Source: a virus
Lineage: Duplodnaviria > Caudoviricetes
Reading direction: 5' to 3' (one strand)
Length of the DNA: 52,255 nucleotides
Virus record (IMG/VR): IMGVR_UViG_3300025154_000016
Location: 1 to 52,255 of that record
Positions within the stretch are counted from its first letter, which is position 1; each line of letters starts with the position of its first letter. Under the pieces are notes generated by a model that did no database searches, was not told where the DNA came from, and saw only the letters and a program-made list of their open reading frames with translations. Made by a program: the position numbers and the translations under genes. Below, piece by piece: positions 17,588-27,800 of the stretch.

Positions 17588-19441
17588 ATGGTCAAGGGGA
17601 AAGTCACGGATGAGACCTTACGGGAAATCGCGAAATATGAAGGTTATCTCGCACAAGGTAAGACCATTATTGAAATGGGAGAAATTGAACACGTCCCCAA
17701 ACAAACCATTTCCTATAGGTTAAAGAAATTAGGACTAACCCCTAACAAAACCAAACAAGCTGAAGTGTCAAAAAAAGAGGTATTGGACAAGAAAAGTCAA
17801 AAAGAAAATTTAGACTCAATCAGTAAATCACGCCATAAAAATTCTCCTGGTTCAAATGATGAGAATAAACAATCTGATGAAATCATGGAGATCATCAAAA
17901 CAGCGATCTTAGAAGGAAAGGATATTCCACCTAATGTGTTATATCTAATCGCGGTGCAGAATTTCACGGCGAATCCTTCCCCGCAGTGGTTCTCCGCGTT
18001 GCAAACGTTTATGAAAGATAAAGAGAAAATCGCTAAAGCAGATAATAAAGAATCAAACAAACCGCTGGTCTATCTCCGTCCGCCCAAATTTCATGCGAAG
18101 CAGCACGAAGTCGTGGAAGCGATTAAAGATCCTCGCTATAAACTGATTTTTGTGGAAGGGTGTCAACGTTCCGGGAAGTCTACATCTGTGTTTGCAGGAT
18201 TACATGAATTGACATTGGAATCCCCCCGACCGTTACGAATTGCGTTGTTAGCGGGAAAAGGAGGAAAAAATGGGCGAGATGGGGGATCAAAGGGTATTTT
18301 AGCGGATGTTCTCCGGGACCCGATTTTAGATAAAGTCAATAAACAAGTGTTGGATTTGTCCTCCCGCACGAATGACACGATCAAATGGTATAATGGGTCT
18401 GAACTGGTCGCGATGGATCTCACGGTCGCTTCCATTAAAGGGGCGGATAAAGAAATCGTGTGGATTGATGAGTTAGATGTAGCGATTAGTGAAGGGAATG
18501 ATAAACGGGAAGCGGTCGTGTCTGCCGTCAATACTATGCTCGCCACATCCGATTTCAAATTAATTCTTTCTTCGAATTTGGATAAAGGGCTTTACCAAAT
18601 CTTACGAGACGAGATTTTCAAATTACAAGAAGAGTGTGTCTGTTCGATTTCTATTCGGAAAGAAGATTGCCCACACTTAAACAGAGAGGATATTGCTTCG
18701 AATTATCGGATTGCAAAAACTATGTCGGATGCTCTACTCGGAGAAGGCTTTGGGCAAATGCGACTCGAAGGAGAGATGACGGGGCAGGGGGATTGCTTCA
18801 ATTTCGCAGCCGTGAATGATGCGTTCGATCGTTATACTCTTTATATGAGTATTATCAATAACAAATTGCCACCCATAAGATTTATGGCGATTGATCCTTC
18901 CGGCACAGGACATCCCTTCGGAGTCTTTATCGGAGCCTACGATCCCGATAAGGACGAACACGTGGAGATTGAATCGTTTGAGATTCAGATGGGTGATCCC
19001 AATACGCGAATTCAAGAGAAATCGAGTCCCCAACGGATTAATGAACTACTTTTAACGAAATGTCGCGAGAACGGGATTAAAAAGGTAGTCATCGAGTCCA
19101 ATAGTGGGGGACAAGCGATTGCCATCTTTTTACGGAACTATGGAATACAAGTGATCGAGCAGAATTTTGGGGGCAAGCAGTGCTATAATTCTCGGGCTAA
19201 TTATGTGACGCTCGCAAACTATCTACTCGATAATCGGAAGATCGTGTTAAAGAACGACAAACTCAAATCGGAATTAATTATCTATAACCCGTCAATTAAT
19301 AAAGAAGAGTTTAAGGGGGACGTGGCGGATGCCTTCTTGCATTATTGTTGGATTGCCGTCGGTGGGATGACCTATTTAGCCAAAAAAGCCCGTCAATCCA
19401 ACAAATCCCCAACATACACGAAATCATTCTGTGTGGGATAA
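17588..19441 (+). CDS. terL: Terminase large subunit with an N-terminal HTH extension
   Basis: Walker A GCQRSGKST, Walker B IVWIDE, nuclease motifs AIDPSG, VVIESN and DVADA. The N-terminal HTH is GKTIIEMGEIEHVPKQTISYRLKKLG. Confidence 0.9.
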   Translation: MVKGKVTDETLREIAKYEGYLAQGKTIIEMGEIEHVPKQTISYRLKKLGLTPNKTKQAEVSKKEVLDKKSQKENLDSISKSRHKNSPGSNDENKQSDEIMEIIKTAILEGKDIPPNVLYLIAVQNFTANPSPQWFSALQTFMKDKEKIAKADNKESNKPLVYLRPPKFHAKQHEVVEAIKDPRYKLIFVEGCQRSGKSTSVFAGLHELTLESPRPLRIALLAGKGGKNGRDGGSKGILADVLRDPILDKVNKQVLDLSSRTNDTIKWYNGSELVAMDLTVASIKGADKEIVWIDELDVAISEGNDKREAVVSAVNTMLATSDFKLILSSNLDKGLYQILRDEIFKLQEECVCSISIRKEDCPHLNREDIASNYRIAKTMSDALLGEGFGQMRLEGEMTGQGDCFNFAAVNDAFDRYTLYMSIINNKLPPIRFMAIDPSGTGHPFGVFIGAYDPDKDEHVEIESFEIQMGDPNTRIQEKSSPQRINELLLTKCRENGIKKVVIESNSGGQAIAIFLRNYGIQVIEQNFGGKQCYNSRANYVTLANYLLDNRKIVLKNDKLKSELIIYNPSINKEEFKGDVADAFLHYCWIAVGGMTYLAKKARQSNKSPTYTKSFCVG

Positions 19442-19494
19442 ATTGTAAACCTTTTTAAATATAAGTACAATCTATTTAAGTAATGAAAATATAG

Positions 19495-22464
19495 GTGTTC
19501 TTCTTGGCCAAGAAAAATACACAAACCAAAGCCCTTACCGTTAAACGGAACGGGACTGTAAAGAGAAATGCCAACCCAGCGACGGGGTTAGACTTAACCG
19601 ACCAATATCAGTATTCTATGGGGCGGTATGTTGATCCGTTAATTCTCTATAAGATTCATAATAAAGCGAATGCCGAGATGCGAGAAGTGGTCGCCGAGGC
19701 TGATCCGATTGCGTCCGTGTTGACTCATCATTTCGCAGAATCCGCCAATACGAAAATGATTAAATTCTATGAATCGGATCAATTGGGGAGTCCTGAGATT
19801 CTACAAGATTTTCGATCAATGCTTAAACTGTTTAAATTCCAAGAGCATTGTAAAATGGTGATGCTCCGCGGGCAAACCCACGGTTGGTATATTGTGTATC
19901 CCTTTGTGGATGAGAATGGAATCCCGTTGTGTGAAATCTATAGCGAATATGAATGCAAAGCGGAATATATCAATTATGATCTTCAGAATAATATTCAGAC
20001 CTATCTCGTGCAATTTATTCCTCGCGTCGGATTTAGTCGCAATACCCATCTCCGACAAGTCCGTCGAATGTTCCAGAAAGACCAAGTAATTCATGGGACG
20101 AGAGGAACGTGGTGCTATGGGTTTGGGCATTCGATTCTGGAAGCGGCGTGGGATGCGATTACCAAACTCCGAGAAGAATCGCATACCAATGCCTTTAAAC
20201 AGAAGATCATGCCGTTTGTGCGAGTCCCGGACAATTGGGAAGATTCACAAATTGAAGATTTCATGAAAGCACTCTCTAAAATCGATCAAATGTCGGCGCT
20301 TGTGATGAAAGGGCATATTAATGAGAATACGGGGGAATATACTGATTTACCTGCAATTACATGGGCCACACCCGCGAATCAAACGCCCGCTAAACAGAGT
20401 CAAGGGTCTGGGGGATCGGTCTCTGATTTAAGTTCAGAATGGTCTCGTCTTACTGGTTCTACACGGAGAAGTGTTGCCTATTTCGTGGGTGGAGGAGCCA
20501 TTAGTGCTTCGCTCTCTGCCGCTGCCGTCGACTCGCTCGATGATGTGCAAGCCGATATCTCCGATTTTAACCAATATATCGATGAATTTATTGTGCCGTT
20601 CTGTAAATGGTTTGCCGAAGCCATCGGTTATAAATTACCAGAGACCTTTACGGTCAAAGGGTGGTGGGAATGGACCCGTGATGAAGCAGTTTACAATCAA
20701 CAACTCCAAACCCAACAACAACTTAAACAAGATGCAGAGACTCAAATTGAAGACGCTCAAAAAGAAAAGCGGAATTCGTATATTTTAGAGTATATTAAAG
20801 ATCAAGCATCGAAAGCGGATTTAACTCCGTTTGATCGGGAACTACAAGCCCGCTTAAATCAACGCATGAATGAATCTACCAAGCATCCCGATCAAATTTT
20901 AATGAGTGTTATCACCGAGATTACTCATGAAGCCTTAAATAATAGCGTCCAAACCGAATTAAGTAATTGTATCAAACAGAATATGAATATGCCGATGCAA
21001 GTCGTCGCTTCGTCGACTGTGAAAGGAGTCGGATTACAAGGATCAAAATTATTGGTGGAATTCCATAGCGGTACCAAATATAAAGGCGCCAAATATGCTT
21101 ACGAGTTAGGCGATAACGCCGAACAAGCGTGGTCCGATATGTTACAATCGACCTCGAAAGGAGGGTATGTCTGGGATAATTTGCGAGGAACCCAAATTGG
21201 GCCTGCATGGGGGACGGGCAATCCGACACCCGGAGGTACCACCGCATCGTTAGTCCCCTATGAAAAAACGGGACGGTTAGGACCGGGCTATATGGCGGGG
21301 TCTCGTCAAGAATATGAAAAGCAAGCGGCGGAATCCAAAGAATTCAAAGAAGAATCGTTAGGTGCGGATGGGAAAGCATTAGGGTCTAAACGATATGCTT
21401 ATCCCGAAGAACGCGGGTTTGAAAGTGGCCAACCTTCCGAGTTTTATACTGAAGAGCAAATGTATGGGGGACAAGGCCCTCAAACGGGAACTCCTTCAAT
21501 TTCCTCCGATAATACTACTGCAAATCCCGCTCAATCTGAACTCTCGATTACCGATTATCAAGGAATCGGAGATAACTTATCTACCAATACCCCTAAAAAA
21601 GAAGCCTATACTGCCGAATTCGTGTGGGGATCATCGAAAAATCCTCAAGGGTATGCCCAACGACCCAAAGGCATGAAAACGAAAACGGAAGCAAAAACAA
21701 CAGGAGTTGGGTTTGATTCGACTATCGACGGGAACTTTCCGTCGTTTTTTAATAGTTCGGTTATGAATCGCCGCAATATTGGAATCCAGATCGAGAAATT
21801 GGAAGATTTGCCACCCGCTGTGTTTATTCATCCACTTTTACAAGAGCATAATTCGATCTCTGGAATGCGTAAGAATCTTCATATCGGGTACGAGACGGCT
21901 CATAAACTTCTTGAACAAGATGATTTGAACGTCACTCGTTGTAATTTAGCAGCCGTGTCAACTGCTATGCATACAGCGAACCCCTTCTTATATAAAGTTG
22001 AAGGGGGATATCGGGCAGAATATATTTGTCCAGACTCGTTGAGACTGTTGGAGGGGGTCGAAGTGCCGTATGGACTATGGCATAACCTGGATGATGAGTC
22101 ATCTGCTGAATTACCCGAATGGCAAATTATCGGAACTTATAAAGTAGACCAGATTACGGGCGAGAAAGACCTATCAACTATTACGTATTTGGATAATTGG
22201 GAAGAAAAAGCGAATGAAGTCTTTACCAGACTGAAGGAAACTACCTATTATCAAGATCCGAAAGTCCAATGGTGGGTTGATAATTATATTGACAACGTCA
22301 AAAAAGGGATACATGGGGATGTGTCCACGGGAATTGTCACCGACGTGAAATACGACACAAAGCGAAATAAATGGATTCAAAAGAATATCAGACTGAAATC
22401 CGTTTCGGCAGTACCCATCGGAAACTGTACCAGACCGTTTTGCATGACCAAAGATAAAAAATAG
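19495..22464 (+). CDS. Portal protein fused to a KTSC-like domain and a C-terminal prohead protease
   Basis: Follows the terminase. The N-terminal ~410 aa are portal-like (RGQTHGW, YGFGHSILE). A KTSC pattern (SSTVKGVG...LLVEFHSG..Y.Y...SKGGYVWDNLR) and a protease-like C-terminus (VP..LWHN, DVSTG, SVSAVPIGNC) follow. The probable start is TTG at 19504. Confidence 0.75.
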   Translation: MFFLAKKNTQTKALTVKRNGTVKRNANPATGLDLTDQYQYSMGRYVDPLILYKIHNKANAEMREVVAEADPIASVLTHHFAESANTKMIKFYESDQLGSPEILQDFRSMLKLFKFQEHCKMVMLRGQTHGWYIVYPFVDENGIPLCEIYSEYECKAEYINYDLQNNIQTYLVQFIPRVGFSRNTHLRQVRRMFQKDQVIHGTRGTWCYGFGHSILEAAWDAITKLREESHTNAFKQKIMPFVRVPDNWEDSQIEDFMKALSKIDQMSALVMKGHINENTGEYTDLPAITWATPANQTPAKQSQGSGGSVSDLSSEWSRLTGSTRRSVAYFVGGGAISASLSAAAVDSLDDVQADISDFNQYIDEFIVPFCKWFAEAIGYKLPETFTVKGWWEWTRDEAVYNQQLQTQQQLKQDAETQIEDAQKEKRNSYILEYIKDQASKADLTPFDRELQARLNQRMNESTKHPDQILMSVITEITHEALNNSVQTELSNCIKQNMNMPMQVVASSTVKGVGLQGSKLLVEFHSGTKYKGAKYAYELGDNAEQAWSDMLQSTSKGGYVWDNLRGTQIGPAWGTGNPTPGGTTASLVPYEKTGRLGPGYMAGSRQEYEKQAAESKEFKEESLGADGKALGSKRYAYPEERGFESGQPSEFYTEEQMYGGQGPQTGTPSISSDNTTANPAQSELSITDYQGIGDNLSTNTPKKEAYTAEFVWGSSKNPQGYAQRPKGMKTKTEAKTTGVGFDSTIDGNFPSFFNSSVMNRRNIGIQIEKLEDLPPAVFIHPLLQEHNSISGMRKNLHIGYETAHKLLEQDDLNVTRCNLAAVSTAMHTANPFLYKVEGGYRAEYICPDSLRLLEGVEVPYGLWHNLDDESSAELPEWQIIGTYKVDQITGEKDLSTITYLDNWEEKANEVFTRLKETTYYQDPKVQWWVDNYIDNVKKGIHGDVSTGIVTDVKYDTKRNKWIQKNIRLKSVSAVPIGNCTRPFCMTKDKK

Positions 22465-22590
22465 TCCAGACTAATTTGTCGGCAGTCTACCTTAGTCTGA
22501 TAAGTCTGGCTTTAAATACATGGGCTTAAATAGCCGTTTTTTTTATATTTAATCAATTAAGGTCTATTTAAAGATCTTATAATTGATAAG

Positions 22591-23052
22591 GTGTGTCTCC
22601 TTTTGAAAAAGAAAGTCAAAAAAATGGTTGACGGCGTTGAACAAGAAGTCGAAGTCGATGTCGAAGACGAAGAGAAACGCAACGAATTACCTGACGGCTT
22701 ATTTGCCAAACGAATGATTTTAATGAAATCGGGGAATATGTCCGAAGAAGAAGTCAATCGGTGCAATAGTCTGAAAGATGCCGATGCGTTAATTGAATAT
22801 TATGGGTTAGCAAAGCAAAATAAAGCCCCCGAACCCGAACATAAAGGATCTGTGAGTGGTATTTCGCTTTTACCAAAAACAACCAATCCCGATCCCCGCA
22901 AACAATCCAATCAACGATTGAATAACGAACCCGAAGCCTATTCTGCTGAAGAATTGCTTGATCCGTTAGCAACCGCTGATAGTCGATTGAATCGGTATAT
23001 GGATAGTCCCGAAGTGCGGTTTATCCGCAATCCCGAAGGGAGGCTAATCTAA
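22591..23052 (+). CDS. Capsid scaffold-like protein
   Basis: A charged 153-aa protein between the protease and the decoration/capsid genes. Confidence 0.6.
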   Translation: MCLLLKKKVKKMVDGVEQEVEVDVEDEEKRNELPDGLFAKRMILMKSGNMSEEEVNRCNSLKDADALIEYYGLAKQNKAPEPEHKGSVSGISLLPKTTNPDPRKQSNQRLNNEPEAYSAEELLDPLATADSRLNRYMDSPEVRFIRNPEGRLI

Positions 23053-23053
23053 A

Positions 23054-23521
23054 ATGACTGCGAAAACAGCCGCATCTCATGTGGGTCCAACCATTTGTGT
23101 CTCTCGGAATTATAAAGCCGAATGGGGAGAACTCGCCGATGCGTATTATCCCGGAACTTTAGTGTATGAATCTGCACCGGGGATTTGGACTGCTGCGACT
23201 ACATCCGCAGGAAATTTAAACCGTGTAGGAATTGTGGGATTTAAAGCCCGCGTTGATTCGAATTTTGCTCGTAAAGATATTGATGATGCCTATTCAGCGG
23301 GTGATTCTGTCGAAATTATCGGCACTGGAGTGTGTACTGCTCGTATTGGAGATTTGAATGCAACGGCACTTCGAGGAGTCCGATTAACTTATTCTGCATC
23401 TGCGGGAATTTTCGCATTAATGGCCGCCACTGAAATCTGTTTAGCCACCGTGCATGAACCCGTTGCAGATAACGATACTTATCTCCGTGTCCGCTTAGAA
23501 GGCACGGGTTGGAGGGATTAA
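23054..23521 (+). CDS. Head decoration/cement protein
   Basis: Ala/Gly-rich, 155 aa, directly before the MCP, with PGTLV and IDDAYSAGDSVEI beta-tulip-like patterns. Confidence 0.7.
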   Translation: MTAKTAASHVGPTICVSRNYKAEWGELADAYYPGTLVYESAPGIWTAATTSAGNLNRVGIVGFKARVDSNFARKDIDDAYSAGDSVEIIGTGVCTARIGDLNATALRGVRLTYSASAGIFALMAATEICLATVHEPVADNDTYLRVRLEGTGWRD

Positions 23522-23522
23522 A

Positions 23523-24662
23523 ATGGCACTCAAAAAAATTAATGTTGCGTATGAAAATTCGAATTTTTATTCGAACTTAGATGATAAAGATAAAGCATTA
23601 GTCGACAAAGGAGTCAGTCGTGTTAATGCTCAAATCATGAATGTCCGTAAAAACGGATTACCCGATGCTTATATCGGGAAAGGCAAACAAATGGCCGAAC
23701 GGTTAAACGCTAATCCATCCTATCTTACCGATGAAGCGGTTTATGCTCTTGATTCGGTTATTGCGATGACGGTTGAAGACCAGAATATGTATGGGGAAAT
23801 CATAGCCCCCGTAACCACCCCGCAAAGCGGAGTGAAGTGGTATAACAAATCCTATAAACTCGATGAATTGGATGTCAATAATGCTAAAACATGGCCACAT
23901 CCCGACAAGACCTTTAAAGATGTCGTGCAGTTTGGCTTAGGTGTCGAACCCGAGCAAGCGGAAGGGATGGGGTTCTCCATTGGATATGAAATTCCGTGGA
24001 CAGAAATCGCTGAAAGTGGGGGGTCTATTTATAGTCCTGATTTCTTCTATGCACTCAAAGCGGCAGAACGGATGGGAGTCATTATCGATGAAAACGGATT
24101 CCTTGGGGGACTCGGTGAACACATGTATTATGATTTCGGACTCAAAGGTCTCTTGAATCATGCATCGGCTCAAACCTTTACGACTTCAACTTTAACAACT
24201 TATGGAAATCTCCGATCGGGTCTTTGGAACGGGTTAGGGGATTTGAAAAAGCAATATGCTCCGGGCGAAACTGTATTGGTCATGAGTTCGGGAATTGCAT
24301 CCCAATTGTTCTATAACCGATTTACTTATCACGACACACCCGAATATGATTCGATTGCGAAAGAATTGCGACCGTTTATTTCCCGTGCGTATGTCGATGA
24401 TCGAATTATCGGTGCTACCGCAACCAACGCCAATCAAAAATGGGCTTTAATCAAGATTGGACGCACACTCCAATCTCGGAAATTGGTCTATCCTCTCCAA
24501 ACCAAGCCCCGCATGGATAAAACCTACGCTGAAGATATTAAAGAAGTCTTGATTCATGGGGATGTGTTAGCCCAATATGGACAATCACCTTTCCCAGTGA
24601 CTGTTAGTGCTTCGTTAACAACCACCGATACCGGGTATATCCCGAACGGAAGACTGTGGTAA
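23523..24662 (+). CDS. Major capsid protein (HK97 fold)
   Basis: 379 aa in the expected position. Contains IGYEIPWTEI, AAERMG...DENGFLG and GLKGLLN, typical of DUF2184/linocin-like capsids. Followed by a T-run. Confidence 0.85.
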   Translation: MALKKINVAYENSNFYSNLDDKDKALVDKGVSRVNAQIMNVRKNGLPDAYIGKGKQMAERLNANPSYLTDEAVYALDSVIAMTVEDQNMYGEIIAPVTTPQSGVKWYNKSYKLDELDVNNAKTWPHPDKTFKDVVQFGLGVEPEQAEGMGFSIGYEIPWTEIAESGGSIYSPDFFYALKAAERMGVIIDENGFLGGLGEHMYYDFGLKGLLNHASAQTFTTSTLTTYGNLRSGLWNGLGDLKKQYAPGETVLVMSSGIASQLFYNRFTYHDTPEYDSIAKELRPFISRAYVDDRIIGATATNANQKWALIKIGRTLQSRKLVYPLQTKPRMDKTYAEDIKEVLIHGDVLAQYGQSPFPVTVSASLTTTDTGYIPNGRLW

Positions 24663-24679
24663 TCTTTCTTCTTTTTTTT
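24663..24679 (+). terminator. Oligo-T (archaeal-type) terminator after the MCP
   Basis: TCTTTCTTCTTTTTTTT directly after the stop codon. Confidence 0.6.
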
Positions 24680-24828
24680 ATTAACTCATCTAAAATCCCT
24701 TTGACAAATGTTCAATTCATTTGGGGATTGTTCCGATAGCGGTCACGGACACCAAATAAACCCGCTGCTATGTTTGTACCTCCACGGAGGCTAAATGCAA
24801 TGAAAAACAACACAATAGGTGATCGCTA

Positions 24829-27800
24829 ATGGCAGCGGGAGCGAAATGTAAAGTCCGATTATTTGAACCGTCATCCGAATATGTTAAAAAATCCAAATGT
24901 TTTCAAGATATCATGCAACTCGGAGTCGGGTTTAGTAATACGCTTCATTTATTTGAACTCGAATATGGAGCTTCGTTTAGTAACGGCTTAACAGAAATCT
25001 CAGCGCCCAATGCGGTCTTTAATGGCACGGCAACCAGTGTCCCGTTAGGGATCGTATCTTCCAATGCTGCCGATGATAAAGATAGTACCGCGGTGCAAAA
25101 GGTCAAAGTCATTAGTCTTGATAGTAATGGCGAACCCGATATCACCGAATATACCATGGAAGGCACAACTGCTGTGCCAATTGACACGTATCCCGAACGA
25201 TTGATGCATATGTATAGCACACAATGGGGAGCGGATACCGATGCAACGGGCAATATTATTCTCGCTCGACGAGGCTATCATCAACTCGCAACACCCGCAG
25301 ATATTACGGGCGATACCGAAACGGGCTTAACTGCCAATACTTTATATTATTTTAAAGTCAACATTAACGGCGCTGGGGTGTTAGAATATTATATAACCGT
25401 CACGACTGCATCATGCACATTTGCGACGCTTTTAACTTTATTGGCAGCTGCAAAAGCGGTCGTTGGGGGAGCCACCATTAGTGGAGTGACTTGGTCATTA
25501 GAAAGTGGGGATTTACGATGTACATCCAATTCGACTTTAGATACCGCTTCAATTGCGATTACTGCCGGAACCACTGGCACAGATTTATTAGCTTCGTTAA
25601 CTGGGTTTAGTTCGGTCGATACTGCCGTTGGGTCGGGGTATCAAGAAATTGGTTTAACGGGGATTACGGGTGCGTCTGAAACAGGACTCACACCACAAGC
25701 GGAATATTATTTTACGATTGATATCGATGGCGCGGGTGCAGTCGAATACTATATAACCACTTCTACCGTAGCCGTCACGTTTGATCAATTAATTAGCTTG
25801 TTAAATTCGGCGATTTTAGAATCTGATGATGTCACTGTCATCTCCGGGGTAACCTTTTCCTTAACGGGAGGGGATATTCGTTGCACTTCGAGTTCGACTG
25901 CGACCACCGCATCTATTGATATTACCGCAGGATCAACGGGAACGGATCTATTAGCATCGTTAACGGGATTTACAGCGGTCGATGCAGAAGTCGAAAGTGG
26001 GTATCAAGAGATCGGGTTAACGGGTAAAACCGAATCAACAGAAACGGGTTTAACTCCCAGCACATTATATTATTTTACCTTAACGCTTAATGGAGGAGCT
26101 GCAACCGAATATTATATAACGACAACTACCGTAGCGGTTACTTTTACCCAATTATTAGTGTTACTTGCCGCAGCCAAAAAAGTGTCAGATGATGCGGCAA
26201 TTAGCGGGATTACCTTTAGTTTATCGGGAGGAGATTTAGTTGCTACTTCCAATGAACGGGGAGCCACATCAGCAGTTTTAATTGCAGCGGGAACTACGGG
26301 TACCGATTTGTTAGCAACATTAACGGATTTCTCTGCAATGGATGCTGCGGCCTATATTGCCTATCAAGAAGTGGGATTAAGTGGAAAAGAAACTGAAAAT
26401 CTCACGGGATTATTAGCAACCTCGCAATATTATTTTAAAATTAACGTAGATGGCGCGGGTGTCACAGAATTTGATATAACGACTTCTACCGATTTATCGT
26501 TTACTGCGATTATTGCGTTAATGAATACTGCCACCACATCTGCCGCCACATGGTCATTAACAGGAGGCGATCTCCGATGCACTTCCGATGCGGTTGATGG
26601 TACTGGTTCAATTGCTCTCTCTGCGGGAACTACGGGAGATGATCTCTTTGCACAATTAACGGGATGGTCTACCTTTGATACCGCACAATATATCGGCTAT
26701 CAAGAGTTTGGACTTTCTGGTAAAACTGGAAGCACTGCCACGGGATTAACCACCACATCCACATATTATTATAAAATCAATATTGATGGTGCGGGTGAAG
26801 CGGAAGAATCTATCATCGTAACAGCTGGATCAACCCTCTTTTCTGATATAATTACCTTATTAGATGCGGGAATAAGCGGAGCGGCATTTACAATTGTAGG
26901 GGGAGATCTCCGATGTACCTCTGCGGATACAACGGCTTCGGCAGCGATTGCTCTCTCTATTACGGCTTTAAGTGGCACTTCGTTGTTTGAATCAATGACG
27001 GGATTTAGTGCGTTAGAAACCGCTAAAGGTTCTGCTTATCAAGAATTTGGATTAAGCGGCAAAACGGGCACCGATGCGACCGGATTAACTGCCGTGCAAA
27101 CCTATTATTATAAAGCGAATGTGGATGGAACGGGAGTCGCCGAAAAAAACTTTAATGTCACCGCGGGATCAACAACCTTTACTGATATAATGACTGCCTT
27201 AAATGCTTCCATTGCGGGAGCGGTCTGGTCTGTTACGGGTGGAGATTTACGATTAACATCATCAACATCCATCGCAACCTCAGCCATAGCCTTAAGTTAT
27301 GCATCCTTAACGGGAGCATCCTTTATTGAAGGCTTAACGGGTTTTAGTGCCTTAGAAACTGCGGCTGGGATTGGCTACCAAGAATTTGGACTTACAGGTA
27401 AAACCACCACTACCGAAACGGGCTTAACCGCATCAAATACCTATTATTTCAAAGTGAATGTGAATGGTGCGGGAGTTGTGGAATACGATATAACAGTCGA
27501 TACGACAACCGATACCACTTACGATGGCATAATTGCGTTAATGAATGCAGCATTAACAACAGGTGCAGTGGGGGCTGAATTTGGCTATCCCGATCTTAAA
27601 CTCCGTTGCACTTCTGATAGTGCTGCGGCAGCATCTGCAATTGCGTTAAGTGCGGGATCGACGGGATTAGATCTTTTTGCAACCTTAACGGGTTGGACCG
27701 CGTTTGAATCCGCAGTAGCATATGAATTGTATTTAACCATTGCTGCGGGAGCAAATGAATCCGACGGAGCGGCGTTATGGGTTCCCGAAGATTGGAATAT

